Part shown: positions 14,073 through 27,792 of the stretch, in pieces | Layout of the letters: each line of letters opens with the position of its first letter | How positions within the stretch are numbered: the first letter of the stretch is position 1 | Assembly: GCA_951406725.2 (NCBI GenBank) | Contig: OX597819.1 | Location: forward strand, 60,822,001 to 60,886,000 | Length of the DNA: 64,000 nucleotides | Source of the DNA: Octopus vulgaris | Taxonomy: Eukaryota | Direction: 5' to 3' | The notes under the pieces: generated by a model | Databases searched by the model: none | What the model was told of the DNA's origin: nothing | What the model saw: only the letters and a program-made list of their open reading frames with translations | Program-made: the position numbers and the translations under genes

Positions 14073-14270
14073 CAGTGATCCTCAATCGCAGGCTCCTAGG
14101 GACGCATTTGGCCCTCAAGTACTCTTCCGGCAGCCCTCGACGGTCTTTTCTCTATAAATATAATACATTTATCTTAAATTGACTCATGTTTTACATTGTT
14201 TGGTGCGGTTCTCTAAAGAAACCCATGTTTTGAAACTAGCCCGGATATTTTTAAGGTTTGAGAACCATCG
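14073..14270. mobile_element. hAT (Charlie-like) MITE inserted into a SINE-A head
   Basis: Termini CAGTGATCCTCAA / TTGAGAACCATCG; 8-bp TSD GGTTAGAG at 14065-14072 and 14271-14278. Confidence 0.85.
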
Positions 14271-14599
14271 GGTTAGAGCGTCGGATAAGAGTAAGTTGTA
14301 GTGTTTCTCTGAGTTCAATTCTCGCCTAGGTCAACTTTGCCTGTCATCCTTCCGATAAAAGCACCCATCATATACTGGAGTCTATCATTTCGACTAACTC
14401 CCCGCTTAAAATTGTTTGCCTCGAACCTAAAGCAGAATAGATCTGGGGTAGTAAGTTTGATTCCCGTTTCGTGTGCGGAGAATTTGTGGGAATGTTCCCA
14501 AATTTCACGCCACATCAAAACTTTATATTTTGGTGTATTAAATGTTTCACTTCTTATGCGATTGATATTTTATATAAATACATTCATATTAACAGTCAG

Positions 14600-14963
14600 T
14601 CATACATACATATACTCATTCAGACGTAACACAAACATACATATATACATGCACACGTACATAAGTTCTTGCATAAACATCCACGCATGTATACATACAT
14701 ACATACATACATACATACAAATATACATACATACAAATATACATACATACAAAAATACTTACAAATACATACATACATACATACATAGAAATATACATAC
14801 AAACATACATACAAATATACATACATACAAACATACATACATACAAATACAAATATACATACATACATACATGCATACAAACATACATACAAATATACAT
14901 ACATAAATACATACATACATACATACATACATAAACACATACATACATACATACATACATACA

Positions 14964-14995
<32 letters not shown>
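14600..14995. repeat. (TACA)n microsatellite
   Basis: Direct. Confidence 0.9.
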
Positions 14996-14996
<1 letters not shown>

Positions 14997-15505
14997 CATA
15001 TGATATATAACTTTGCAAAAAGTTATGCATAGTTAAATATTCAGCAAGCTAAAGAATAACAACTCTGTCCGAAAGAGTAGCCGCTCCTGAATCTGTGTTA
15101 GATGCATCACATCTCAGCTGTAAAGCGATGCTTTTGCTATTTAGTAACAGGGGACAGCGACTGCATACTTGATCAATATGGAAGTTCAGGATGCCTCTAA
15201 ACATTTACTTTGTGATAGAAAATATTGATTGCTCCATACCACAAAAGGTTTCTTCACCCACATTCACAGCAAATTCCCCCCAAAATGTCTACAAGGTACT
15301 GCTTGCCCACGAGATATAACACTGATAAAACCATTTATATGCACACACTAATTCGTAGTGTTATCCGTTGGAAGAATTTTTCCAATGGTCATGCCAAAGG
15401 CATATCAGACGCAGAATGCATTCATACTCTTAAAAATAAGAACTACGTTCCAATAAAACTTGCAACAACGTGTAAACAATTGACCTGATATCATTGTATG
15501 GGACT

Positions 15506-15812
15506 AAAAGACCCCCTTCGGTCATGAGTGACCATGGGATTGCACCTAGAAAGTTACCCTTTCAGGCACAAGTCTGGATAAGGTTGTTTATAGAAGACCA
15601 GCAGTCGCCCATGCACATCAGGCTCTCCTCTCCACGCTGTTGATTTTATCCAAGGGAAAAACAAAGGCCGATACAACTTGGCATCAGTGACGTCGCAACT
15701 CATTTCTAAAGCTGAGTGAACTGGAGTAATGTGAAATAAAGTGTCTTGCTAAAGAACGGAAAACATAGCCTAGTCCAGGAATCGAATTCACTACCTCATG
15801 ATTGTGAGCCCG
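15506..15812 (-). mobile_element. SINE-D (tRNA head plus CORE-like domain)
   Basis: Reverse complement has ...GCAAGACACTTTATTTCAC.TT.CTCCAGTTCACTCAGC..TAGAAATGAG (CORE-like); a closely similar copy is at 47341-47666. Confidence 0.85.
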
Positions 15813-16019
15813 ACTAGAAACAAAAAGGTTATTATACACTGTTATGGAGGTCAGCTCTCCTGCTGATATGAACGACACATCTAAAAGTAGAGAAAAGTGA
15901 AATAAAAAGAAATTTACTGCCCTTATATCTAAGCTAAAGATTTTTATTTGTATCAACTCAGAGGTCGGATGCATTCTACCAATGATGTCTACGCAGAATA
16001 TTACCTACAGGGACTGAAG

Positions 16020-16122
16020 TCTTGGGAAGAGCTAATCTGTGCAGCTTGCTGGAGATTGTAACGTGCAAGATGAGCGAATACCCAAGGCAGCTATACAATA
16101 GATACCGCCAAAGTGACAAAAA

Positions 16123-16184
<62 letters not shown>

Positions 16185-16310
16185 GATCTAAGAAGACATG
16201 GTGCGCCATCTTCAAAGATTTGAAGTGACCTAGCATCATCTGGAAAGATGCAGGCAACCATGCTCAAAAGCGGGGTAGCCGGAGATGTCTTGCTGCCTGA
16301 TACATTGGCC
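16020..16310 (+). mobile_element. RTE-clade LINE 3' remnant (interrupted by GA expansion)
   Basis: Decayed translation QLAGDC.VQDERIPKAAIQ*IPPK...SKKTW, matching the RTE C-terminal GH..RM...R.PK....W.P...R.RGRPK.TW pattern. Confidence 0.65.
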
Positions 16311-16581
16311 AGTTGTCCGGCAGTTGAATTGGGCTATTCAACAAGAGATTTGTATGAAAGCGAGGAAATGATGTGGTTCTCCAAGGAAGGCCAAAACTAA
16401 TTCGTATTTTCCAATTATAATCGATTTGTCGCACGGTGAGAAATCTTCAAAACATTCCAGGGATTCTCTATATGAGGTTTCTGGAATGAAGATATGTACA
16501 CAATTCGCATTTGAATACGGTATTCACACACATGCATATACAAACGGTATTCACACACATGCATTACAACATTAATGAAAT

Positions 16582-16651
<70 letters not shown>

Positions 16652-16846
16652 TTTTGTTCTAAAGATACACGCACGTGCAGTAGACGCGTGCAAGTTTATC
16701 GACATATGCACCAACATATGTGCACACACTGATTCATTCATATATTCATAAATACCAGGAATTTGCCTAAATTCATACAAAAGTAGCTTGTCACATTGCT
16801 ATTGGATTTTGCAAAGGAGAAATCTTAACAAAAATTTTAAAGAAAA

Positions 16847-16847
<1 letters not shown>

Positions 16848-16877
<30 letters not shown>

Positions 16878-17512
16878 CATACATACATACATGCAAATAT
16901 AAATACATACATTCATATATAATACATACATACATTCATAAACACATACATACATACATACATACATACATACATACATACATACATACATACATACAAG
17001 CATGCATGCATGCATACATACATACATACATACATACATACATACACACACACATAAATTCATACATGCATAGATACATACATGCAAATATAAATACATA
17101 CATACACACACATATGCATGCATATAAACATACATATATACATACAAACGGACATACATAGATACATACATACATACATACATGCAAATATAAATACATA
17201 TATACATACATTAATACATAATAATACATACATTCATAAACACTAACATACATAAATACATACAAATATAAAGACATGCATGTATTCATACATACACACA
17301 CACACACATACATACATACATACATACATACATGCATACATACATTCATACAAACATACATATATACATACAAACGTACATACATAGATACATACATACA
17401 TACATACATACATACATACATACATACATACATACATACATACATACATACATACATACGTAAATACATTCATATACACATACATGTTTAAGTACATACA
17501 TACTTACATACG
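16848..17512. repeat. (TACA)n compound microsatellite
   Basis: Direct. Confidence 0.9.
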
Positions 17513-17589
17513 AACATGATATTAAACGTGGGAAAACTATTTTCCAAGCTAGAAACATTCATTTCTATGAATGTAACTCTTTGTTCTTC

Positions 17590-17790
17590 CACAAAATACA
17601 AGTAAGTAGGTATTAACGAAAAGGAATCTCAAAGAAATGCTCTGAACAAAGACAGAGTGACCAAAGAATATTGCATCAGAGTTTAAAAATATGGTAGTCG
17701 GAGCTTTAGTCTTACAACAAATAGATATTCTTCAACGTAGATTATCAACGCTATATTTTTTTACTCATTCCAACATTTATTTAAAATTCA
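17590..17790 (+). mobile_element. Old R4/Dong-like RT remnant
   Basis: Decayed KYK*VGI (YKYLG) followed by NKDRVTKEY..RV.KIW.SEL.SYNK. Confidence 0.55.
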
Positions 17791-17967
17791 ATTGCCGAAG
17801 AAATGATAGCTGTTTATTATATGAACTTATAATAAGTCTATTATTGAAATGTGTACAATAGTAATTTGGATAAATCCTTGTCAATATTAATTATGTTACG
17901 CTATGGAATTGTTTTCGATGTAACTAGTAAGAGAAAAATGCTTTTCACAACCTACATCCATACTCCA

Positions 17968-18349
17968 TGTGGAGGCGCAATGGCCCAGTGGTTAGGGTAG
18001 CGGACTCGCGGTCGTAGGATCGCGGTTTCGATTCCCAGACCGGGCATTGTGAGTGTTTATTGAGCGAAAACACCTAAAAGCCCCACGAGGCTCCGGCAGG
18101 GGGTGGTGGTGATCCCTGCTGTACTCTTTCACCACAACTTTCTCTCACTCTTACTTCCTGTTTCTGTTGTACCTGTATTTCAAAGGGCCAGCCTTGTCAC
18201 ACTCTGTGTCACGCTAAATATCCTCGAGAACTACGTTAAGGGTACACGTGTCTGTGGAATGCTCAGCCACTTGCACGTTAATTCCACGAGCAAGCTGTTC
18301 CGTTGATCGTATCAGCTGGGACCCTCATCGTCGTAACCGACGGAGTGCT
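17968..18349 (+). mobile_element. SINE-C full copy, tail type 1
   Basis: tRNA head GGAGGCGCAATGGCCCAGTGGTTAGGG...GGTTTCGATTCC; 17-bp TSD CCTAC(A/T)TCCATACTCCA at 17951-17967 and 18350-18366. Confidence 0.9.
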
Positions 18350-18660
18350 CCTACTTCCATACTCCACATTTAGTTTCTGAGTTTCGGCTTATTGTTCGGG
18401 TCTTAAAATATTTTGATTGGTACATCTCTTCATCGCAGAGACACAGGCTAACAACATCTTTTCTCTGTGAATTTTTTCAAGAAGGAGTCATAATCCCGAA
18501 ATATTGATGTGCTATGAATGCGAAGACTGTATTCCTACCTCATTTAGTAGAGAAGTAATGTGCCTCCGACTAGCAGGTCTGTGGATTCGCTTATATTGCC
18601 AAGAGCATTACAAGTGAGAAAGCGATGGTAACTTCCTGACTGGCTACAACCAACTATTAC

Positions 18661-18745
<85 letters not shown>

Positions 18746-19099
18746 ATACATATACATGTGCATATATATATATATGTGTATACACACACACACACACACA
18801 CACACAGACATGTATATATAAACACACATACATTTCTAGTGCAATCATAAAATTTTGTGGCTATCAAAGAAAGCTCCTCTACTGGACTCAGCTAGCAGAC
18901 CATATAGTGCAGAGGAATATAATGCACATTTTTATGCAACTGAAAGCCAGGAGGTCTGAGAGGTGAATATATTTATGGCTGTGTTGTAAGAAGCTTGCTT
19001 CCCAACCATATGGTTTCGGGTTCAGTTCCACTGCGTGGCACCTTGAGTGAGTGTCTTCTACTATAGCCTCAGGTCCACCAAAGCTTTTGACCGTCATCG

Positions 19100-19297
19100 C
19101 CATGATCGATCGCTAACCACTAAAGCTTTCTTTATTCTCTCTCTGTTTATTTTCTCGTGTTCCTTTATGTTGAAGAGCGTAGGCTCGAAACGTAAAATAC
19201 TTTCTCACCTTCCCGAGTGTTAAACTAATACACGTTTGTTGTTTACATACCTGACTTCGTCTTTTGCTTTTTTGTTTGTTTTTTGTAAATTCCAACT
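19100..19297 (+). mobile_element. Penelope-like/retrozyme-like repeat (HHR family 1) with a hammerhead-like motif at 19163-19197
   Basis: Homologous to copies at 38.3, 38.8, 46.9 and 55.3 kb. Motif CTTT-ATGTTGA-A-GAGC-GTAG-GCTC-GAAA-CG-TA-AAAT (C3 mutated here). The 3' end abuts (TA)n. Confidence 0.7.
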
Positions 19298-19887
19298 ATA
19301 TATATGTGTGTGTGTGTATCCGAGCGTGCATGTGTATGTGTGAGTGTGCATGCGTGTGTGGGTTGCATGCGTGTGTGGGTGTGCATGCGTGTGTGCGTGT
19401 GCGCACACGCGCGCACATGTGTTTGTCCTCCACCACGTCTATGTTTATACACATGTACATATATGTATATGCATACATATGTGCACACACGCATACACGC
19501 ACACATACACACGCACACACACATACACACATACTCACATATACAAGTGCACAAATATATATCTTTTATTAAGCAATTTTCATATTTTCTTAGGCTTTTT
19601 CTTTTTACACTTAATTTGGAAAAATAAAGTTCTTAAATTCATATTCAACGTTTCCAGATATTCACATTTTCATTTCCACGAATTGGATATACATGGTGTC
19701 TGTGTTGCCTCTAATTTACTGATCAAATTTATGTAAACTTTTCCGCCAAAGGGTTTTTTGACCGTTAGACTTTTACGTCAGTAGTCTCATATTGACTTAT
19801 TTGTGGTAGTGAAAACATTTGACCACGCGTTAAATATTTTGATGTGTGTTTGTTTTGGCGTTGTATTGAAATATGTATATATGTTTT

Positions 19888-19978
19888 GCAAGAAGCTTGC
19901 TTCCCAAATATATGGTTCCTAATTCAATCCCTGAGCGTGGCATCTTGGACAAGTGTCGGAAACTGAAAGAAGTTCGTC

Positions 19979-20034
<56 letters not shown>

Positions 20035-20525
20035 CACTCTAGTTGTGTGAGTGTCTGTCCCCTTCGATTTAGATTCCTAACTCCTCCCACATTTTGCGGT
20101 GCAGTTTAACCAAATTCGGGTATCTTATAGTCGTGATTCATATCGAGCCCGTCTGACTATTAGCGCGCGTCAACGATGAGTCTACGATTTTAAAAATAAT
20201 TTAACATCATTTTTTATTCCATTTTAATGCATAAAATGCATCATGTGTCGATGGCGGCGGAGTTGGCGTCCACGCTCACAGCTGCACCTGTTTGCTTCTC
20301 CCCTTCCCTCCCTCGTGAAGCTGTGGGGAAGGGAGTGTAAAGAAATCAACGTCGTAATGCGTTGTGAAGGAAACCAGCGTTCTTTTAGAATAACGACTTC
20401 ATGGCTTGAAGACACCAAAACAAAAATGGCTAAGAAAGCCCGAATTTATAAGGGAAGTAACTCTCTAAAAATGCTTATATAGTTATTTCCCTTACAAACC
20501 CGAGCAACGCCGGGCGATACTGCTA

Positions 20526-20561
<36 letters not shown>

Positions 20562-20800
20562 TGGTGAGGGGGGACAAACACAGACACAGAAATACACACA
20601 TACACATATATGTGTGTGTGTGTGTGTATGTATATTTCTGTGTCTGTGGTTGTCCCTGTGGTTGGCAACTTACCGGTTCGGTAAAAGAGACCGATAGAAG
20701 CAGTACTAAGCTTACAAAAAATAAGTCCTAAGGTCGATTTGTTCGACTGAGGCGATGCCCCAGCATGACTGCAGTCAAATGACTGAAACAAGTAAAAGAA

Positions 20801-20802
<2 letters not shown>
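19888..20802 (+). mobile_element. SINE-B split by a Helitron in its internal (TA)n
   Basis: SINE-B 5' part at 19888-19980 and 3' part at about 20630-20802 (...CAGTCAAATGACTGAAACAAGTAAAAGAATAAA); a local palindrome lies at about 20571-20655. Confidence 0.75.
20030..20526 (+). mobile_element. Non-autonomous Helitron
   Basis: 3' end ...CCCGAGCAACGCCGGGCGATACTGCTAG|T; the last ~65 bp are nearly identical to the 8834-9217 element. The 5' end is obscured by (TA)n. Confidence 0.8.
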
Positions 20803-20874
<72 letters not shown>

Positions 20875-20876
<2 letters not shown>

Positions 20877-21106
20877 GGGTTGGACAAAAGTGATCTGGCA
20901 GAAAATCAAAACCATTTAATTCCAAGATTAAAACAAAGAATTATTTTATATGCGACTTCGCTTATAAATAGACAAATGTTTAAAAAAAACGCGATTTTTA
21001 ACTCACAACATTCAATTATTAAACATTCATAATTGGAATGAATGAATAAAACTGACTATTTAAGTATTTATGGAATTTTGATTTACTGTCGGGTGATTTT
21101 TGGTCA

Positions 21107-21112
<6 letters not shown>
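20875..21112. mobile_element. Tc1/mariner-type MITE in (TA)n
   Basis: About 40-bp imperfect TIRs: CAGGGTTGGACAAAAGTGATCTGGCAGAAAATCAAAA versus the reverse complement of the right end, TAGGGTTGACCAAAAATCACCCGACAGTAAATCAAAA. Confidence 0.75.
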
Positions 21113-21159
<47 letters not shown>

Positions 21160-21428
21160 CGTATCATTTAGTTTGGCGCTCTAACCTCACTGTGAACCAC
21201 CCTCTTCTTTTTGATGAATAACCATGAAGATTTCTGAAACGGATTCGATGCCACACAAAAACGTAGAAAAGCGTAGTCGATGAGGACTTCCTTATTACAT
21301 CTCACGCATTGTATCTTATCAAGACCGGAAGGGGTGAAGCACACAGTCTATCACTGTGGAGAGTTAAACGGACGTACTTAAATCCTCCTCATCATCATAA
21401 TCAACTACAACAGAAACAACAACCTCGG

Positions 21429-21842
21429 TGGAGGCGCAATGGCCTAGTGGTTAGGGCAGCTGACTCGTGGTCGTAAGAACGCGGTTTCGATTCCCAGACC
21501 GGGCATTGTGAACCCCGCTGTACTCATTCACCACAACTTTCTCTCACTCCTACTTCTGCCACAAAGCAGAGGAACCATGGTGTAACCCACTATGGTGTGG
21601 TAAAACTTTCAACCCTAGTCTAGATTGCGAATCCTCTGCACCCCCGGATGGTTCAGCTATCCACTCGTTAAAAGCCACCGTTTACGGAATGAGGATAACA
21701 ACATAGCTTTTGCGCCCCTGCAACCGCCAGTCTATCGCGTGTGGTGGGTAGATCTTTAAGTTGCCACGCGCATTCTTAGTAGGCTCGAATTAGAGATTAT
21801 TCTGTGTGGCTAATGACGTGAGTCCTGATTGGAAGAATAAGA
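21429..21842 (+). mobile_element. SINE-C head with tail type 3
   Basis: Same tRNA head as 17968 with an unrelated ~285-nt 3' part; 15-bp TSD AAACAACAACCTCGG at 21414-21428 and 21843-21857. Confidence 0.85.
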
Positions 21843-21869
21843 AAACAACAACCTCGGACACTACTATCT

Positions 21870-22110
21870 CGATTCCTAGGGTCCGTAGGACCACTTTCCT
21901 GGTTTCCATGGCATATAAAATGACCAAGATAACAGCACCCAACCTGAACGGGACCTAGTCCGTTTCAGGTTTACTCATTTATAACTGAATAAACTGAAGT
22001 AACAAGAAATGAAGTGTTTTGCTCAAGAACGCCACGCACCACCCAGTCTAGTCCGGGAATTGAAACCACAATCTTGCGATCTTGAGTGGCTGAGCCACTT
22101 GGTCACGAGC
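21870..22110 (-). mobile_element. Decayed CORE-like SINE
   Basis: ACTCATTT.TAACTGA.TAAACTG.AG.AAC..GAAATGAAGTGTTTTGCTCAAGAAC block as in SINE-D, with a different tail. Confidence 0.65.
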
Positions 22111-22572
22111 CTAGGTATTTAATCCAATCCATTGCTCTATGTTGTAGCCGCTTTACAGAAATAAAATAAAGCAAAAACTAAATATAGTGAAAGGAGAAAA
22201 AAATCGGAAAAATATTTCTTGATCTAAATTGTTAATGTCAGTTGAAAGACTATGTTATAAATATATTTAATAGAAAACAAAGAAAGACAGAAATATAAGC
22301 GTTAAGAATTTAGAATGAAAGAATGCATGCGATGCATAAGGAAGACTATATTCAACTATTAGAACATTCGTCGAAACATTCGCACTGTTATAGAGAAAGG
22401 AAGAAGTCACTCATGGAAGCTGGCATCTATATAGTACACCGTACAAAAATAGGTATTTGAAAAGATGCGCCATTCTTAGAGGAAGTTGTTATTGAATAGG
22501 CGAACACATACACACTAACATGCATGCATTCATAGTTTATGTAATATGACTGCCCCACCACACACTTATATA

Positions 22573-22637
<65 letters not shown>

Positions 22638-22688
22638 TATATACATGCGTATGTATGCAAGTGTGCATATATATATATATACATACCG

Positions 22689-22719
<31 letters not shown>

Positions 22720-22845
22720 TGTATGTATGTATGTATGTATGTATGTATATATAATAACAAATTAATAAATAAAACATATGCATATATACATACATATATG
22801 TACGTACCTACATCTACATGTATATATACATGCATATATGGGTAC

Positions 22846-22877
<32 letters not shown>

Positions 22878-22891
22878 CCTATATATATACC

Positions 22892-22923
<32 letters not shown>

Positions 22924-22932
22924 CATGCATAA

Positions 22933-22971
<39 letters not shown>

Positions 22972-22973
22972 GC

Positions 22974-23016
<43 letters not shown>

Positions 23017-23664
23017 TGCCTACACACACATACACCCACACACACTTGTATATATAATATACATACACTAACATATATTGACATACATATGTATACGTAT
23101 GTACATATGTATGTATGTGCGCACATATATTTTTTGCAAGAGAGATTCTGAAGTAGATTTTTTTCACAAGGAAGGGAGGAGAAGATGAGAGTGGGTGAAC
23201 AATACAATAGAAATTACGGAGGAGTAAAAGAGAAAGGAAAAAGAGAAAAAGATGGTGAGGAGAAAGAGGAAAAGAAAGTGAGCGAGAAACGCTTTTAGAA
23301 TGGGAAACGCTAAGGAGAGTTGAAAATGGAGATAGTTAACCGCTAGAAAGACAGAATAAAGCAAGTGGCACTTAATGAAATATGGGAGGGTAAAGACTAG
23401 AAGGATGGAGAAGGATATAATAAAGTAGAGAGGATTGGTGGGAAGAGAGGAAGAAAGAGAGAGAGAAAGAAGGGTAGGAGAAAGGGAGAGAAAGAGGGAA
23501 GCGGAGAGGCGGGGAAAGAAATGGGAGGGAGAGAGAAGGAGAGAAAGGGGGAAAAGAGAAAGAAAGTGTGTGGAAGTGAACTGAGACATACAGATAACTA
23601 AATGAGCAAAAGTAAAAAAAAAAACATTAACGAGGAAGTAGGAGACGTTAGGAAAATCCGAAAG

Positions 23665-23707
<43 letters not shown>

Positions 23708-24187
23708 GAAAGAGAGAGATGTAAAGGTAGGGAGAATGAGAAAAAGGAAAGAGAAAGAAGGAGAGAAGGAAAGGAGTGGATGAGAGAGAATGAAGGGAAA
23801 AGAAATGTAATCCTTATAATGAAACATATGCAAGTATATCATGTGTATGTAACCGAAACAATACTAGCTCTTACTCTCATCACCTACGATACACTCCTTG
23901 AGTACTTTATATCTCAGATCGTCTCTTACACAAATTTCCTCTCCGAAGTAATGAAATAGAAGTCACTTATTGTATGTCACATCACCTCACTCACTAGTGG
24001 TCGAACCAGCCAATGAGATACGATAACACGACAATGATCAATGGAAAGAAGTGACAAGTTGTACTTTTGATATAAGTTGAAGTCCTGGAGATAAGCTGTT
24101 GGAAATAAGGTTGGACAATTGTTGTGCTGAAGTCGGCTATAGAGCCAGGAACACGTGTCCACAACTGTCCTCCTATCTCTAGATACC

Positions 24188-24423
24188 TATTTCTTTATTA
24201 CCCACAAGGGGCTAAACACAGAGGGGACAAACAAGGACAGACATAGGTATTAAGTCGATTACATCGACCCCAATGCGTAACTGGTACTTAATTTATCGAC
24301 CAGGAAAGGATGAAAGGCAAAGTCGACCTCGGCGGAATTTGAACTCACAACGTAACGCAGACGAAATACCGCTAAGCATTTCGCCCGGCGTGCTAACGTG
24401 TCTGCCAGCTCGCCGCCTTCTAA
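24188..24423 (-). mobile_element. Young SINE-A, full length, with 14-bp TSD
   Basis: TSD TATCTCTAGATACC at 24174-24187 and 24424-24437. Confidence 0.92.
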
Positions 24424-24929
24424 TATCTCTAGATACCAAGCATGTACTCTTCCTCTACGGTATATCAACTTGTGAGAATTCCTGATTCTTCAGATTACTC
24501 CCCCCACTCCTCACATGGAGCTGGCCCTAATCGATATATGGTGACAGAACGATCGTCAGATTGACAAATGAAAAATAACATGACGTCAATATAAAACACC
24601 ACCTATTTAGAAATATTTAAAAATTGGATAATGAAGGCACAGAAGAATGAACTTGCCCCAATATATATTAAAAAAATGCTTAAAATACCAAAAGCACGTT
24701 TCAAGCTTAAAGGGTTCTGAATTACGCTTTATATTTATGCGTGTGTGTGTATGTGTGTGCGTGTGTGTGTGAGTGTGTGCGTGCATGTGTGTGTGTATTT
24801 ATATATATATATCTATTTCTTAAACAAGAATATTGTTGACAGTGATTTTGAAGTTTCGGTCAGTTAAGCCATCGTCTAATCCCTTAGATTGATGTAAATT
24901 TTTTATTATAACTAAATATAAAAACAAAC

Positions 24930-25028
<99 letters not shown>

Positions 25029-25039
25029 AAATATAGTAT

Positions 25040-25279
25040 AATTGATAAAAAGTATCGAGTGAAATTGCCGTAAGGCGTGGAAAATCTGACGTTTCGGACA
25101 AAGTACCCTTCTTCAAGGAAAACTTGAAGGGAGAGAAATTAATGAGACATCAGAGTTGTATTTGGATATACAACTTTGCTGTCTCTCATTTATTTCTCTC
25201 CTTTCAAATTTTCCCTGGAGAAGGGCACCTTATCCGAAACGTTAGATTTTCCCCGTTCACTCTACGTTTTTTATCGATT
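25040..25279. repeat. About 240-bp fold-back palindrome with a hammerhead-like motif in each arm (Penelope-like inverted terminus)
   Basis: Arms GGAAAATCTGACGTTTCGGA...GAGAC / GTCTC...TCCGAAACGTTAGATTTTCC around the centre GTTGTATTTGGATATACAAC. Confidence 0.75.
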
Positions 25280-25915
25280 TTTCTAAGCAAGTCTTGCCGA
25301 CGCAGCCCAACATCAGCCTCTATGGGCAAATGTCATTTTCTCTAGTCTCAGGTTGACCCAAACTCTGTGATGAAACAGTGTCGGCAGAAACTATGTAGAA
25401 TCCCGTCGAATGGACTATGCTTGCAATTCAAGAGGTACAACTTTATTGCACACCATATCTCTAATGGTACACGTGACTGTAAGATGCTCTGTCGCTTACA
25501 GCGCTTAACACAGGAGCAGGTAACTCCGTTGATAGAACAACTGAATTCTCGCAATGTCGAACGACGGATATCCTATGCCCTACACATGTATGTATTCGTG
25601 TATGTGTATGTTTGAGTATACAAATAAGAGGAAAATACGCTATACAGAAGTAGTATGTAATTATTAATTGTTGAGGTAAATATTCTCTGTTGTTGATCTT
25701 GCTACATGATCAGCAAGACAGTCAAGCTTATGTCTGGCTCAGATATCGGATTTAAAACAACTCCTTAAACACCAAACATATACACAAATAAACACAATGA
25801 CACATGTGTGTATGACGAGCTTCTGTACACTTTTCGCCTACGTATGTATAAGTGTGTGTGTGTGTATGTATGTGTTAATATAAATACTAGTCAACCTATA
25901 TCTATGCACCAGCCG

Positions 25916-25988
<73 letters not shown>

Positions 25989-26105
25989 AATATCTATCTA
26001 CCTACACATCTTTATTTATATTACCGTCTATGAGTATGCGTACGAACTAGACACGTATCTACGTTTTTCGAAAAGAAATGAGAACTACACAAGCGCACAT
26101 ACAAT

Positions 26106-26154
<49 letters not shown>

Positions 26155-26688
26155 TGGTTGAGAGAGAGACAGAATGGGTTGGAGAAGAGTTGGGGCTATC
26201 AAATAAAAGAAGTGGTATATGAAGAAAAGGCAATACAAAATTTAGGGATAAGCAAAAGAAAGTATACATTAAAAAATTATAGAAACTACAGATATTCTGA
26301 GGAAAATATTTGTTTTTGGTTTCAAGATTTTTGTAATAAAATGGAAATGTGTGGAGTAATTTATTTCAGTGAAATAATGATTCAAAGAAGAATAATGTCT
26401 GACGTTAAACGGTTCTGTTGGAAAATGCCTCAACATTTCAGACATTTTAATTTATACGAGGTTTAGATGGCCGAATGGTGAAGAAGTTCGTTTCGCAGCC
26501 GCGAGGTCTCGAGGTCGATCATACTGAGTGGCATCTTGGACAGATTGTTATTTTCTATAGCCTCGGGTCGCGGAAATTGTATAGAATCCCACCAGGTGGA
26601 TTGTACATGTCACATTCCGTGTCACAAAATCCTTGTCACATTCCGTGTCACACTGATTCTACCGGAGAATTATGTTAAGGGTACCAAC

Positions 26689-27040
26689 AGGCGCAGGTGT
26701 GGGTATGTGGTAAGAAGCTTGCTTCCCAACCTCATGGTTCCGGGTTCAGTCACACTGCGTGCTATCTTTGGACAGTGTCTTCTACTATAGTCTCGGGCCA
26801 ACCAAAGGCTTATGAGTGGATTTGGTGTGTGTGTGTGTATGTGGGTGTCCCTTTGTGTCCCTGTTTGTCCCCCCACCACTGCTTGACAACCGGTGTTGTT
26901 GTGTTTACATCCCCGTAACTTAGTGGTTCAGCAAAAGATTCCGATAGAATAAGTACTAGGCTAAAACAAAAGTACTGCGGTCGTTTCATTCGACTGAAAA
27001 GTCTTCAAAGCAGTACCCCAGTATGGCCGCTGTCTAAAGA
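26689..27040 (+). mobile_element. SINE-B near full length
   Basis: Head GGCGCAGGTGTGGGTATGTGGTAAGAAGCTTGC...GGGTTCAGTCAC, internal (TG)n and 3' block. Confidence 0.85.
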
Positions 27041-27059
27041 TGGAGAACCGAAACGATGA

Positions 27060-27792
27060 AAGGTAACGTCGATCTCGTCGGAATTTGAACTTAGAACGCC
27101 AAGATAAACGAGACGTCGATAGGCTTTTGGTACTGTGTGTTGACGATTCTTATTTCTTTATTGCCCACAAGGAGCTAAACATAGAGGGGACAAACAAGGA
27201 CAGACAAAGGGATTAAGTCGATTACATCGACCCCAGTGCGTAACTGGTACTTGATTTATCGACCCCGAAAGGATGAAAGGCAAAGTCGACTTCGGCGGAA
27301 TTTGAACGTATAACGTAACGGCAGACGAAATACGGCTACGCATTTCGCCCGGCGTGCTAACGATTCTGCCAGCTCGCCGCCTTTGGCTTCAAATTTCGGC
27401 ACAAGACCAGTAATTTTGAAGGGAGAGGGCTAGTAGATGGTACTTATTCCATTGACCCTGATAGGATGAACGGCAACGTTGACCTCGGTGGAATTTGAAC
27501 TCAGAACGTAAAGACGGACGAAATGCCGCTCAGCATTTTATCCGGCGTGTTAACAGTCCTCCCACCTCGCCGCCTTAATCTTTTCTACTCAAAGCACAAA
27601 TCCCGAAATTTTTGGAGAGGGGGCCAGTCGATTAGATCGACCCTAGTACGCAACTGGTACCTAATTTATCGACTCCGAAAGCATGAAAGGCAAAGTCGAC
27701 CTCGGCGTCATTTGAACTCAGAACGTAAAGACAGACGAAATGCTACTGAGTGTTCTGTCCGGCGTGCTAATAATCCTGACAGCTCGCCGCCT
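27060..27792 (-). mobile_element. Cluster of four SINE-A copies, including a young copy (27151-27381) nested in an older one
   Basis: Repeated reverse-complement B box/central domain; junction at 27150/27151. Confidence 0.88.

Noticed and set aside
17968-18045. tRNA gene calls for SINE heads (also 29169, 21429, 29708)
   Set aside because: A/B boxes are present, but there is no complete acceptor stem or cloverleaf and the heads run into SINE bodies.
21200-21250. Further hammerhead-like remnants (also ~8760 and ~62490)
   Set aside because: Cores and stems are too degenerate to distinguish from chance.
23848-24515. Possible solo LTR (TGTAAC...CA with CCAAT and TATAA)
   Set aside because: No TSD, terminal inverted repeat, PBS or PPT.
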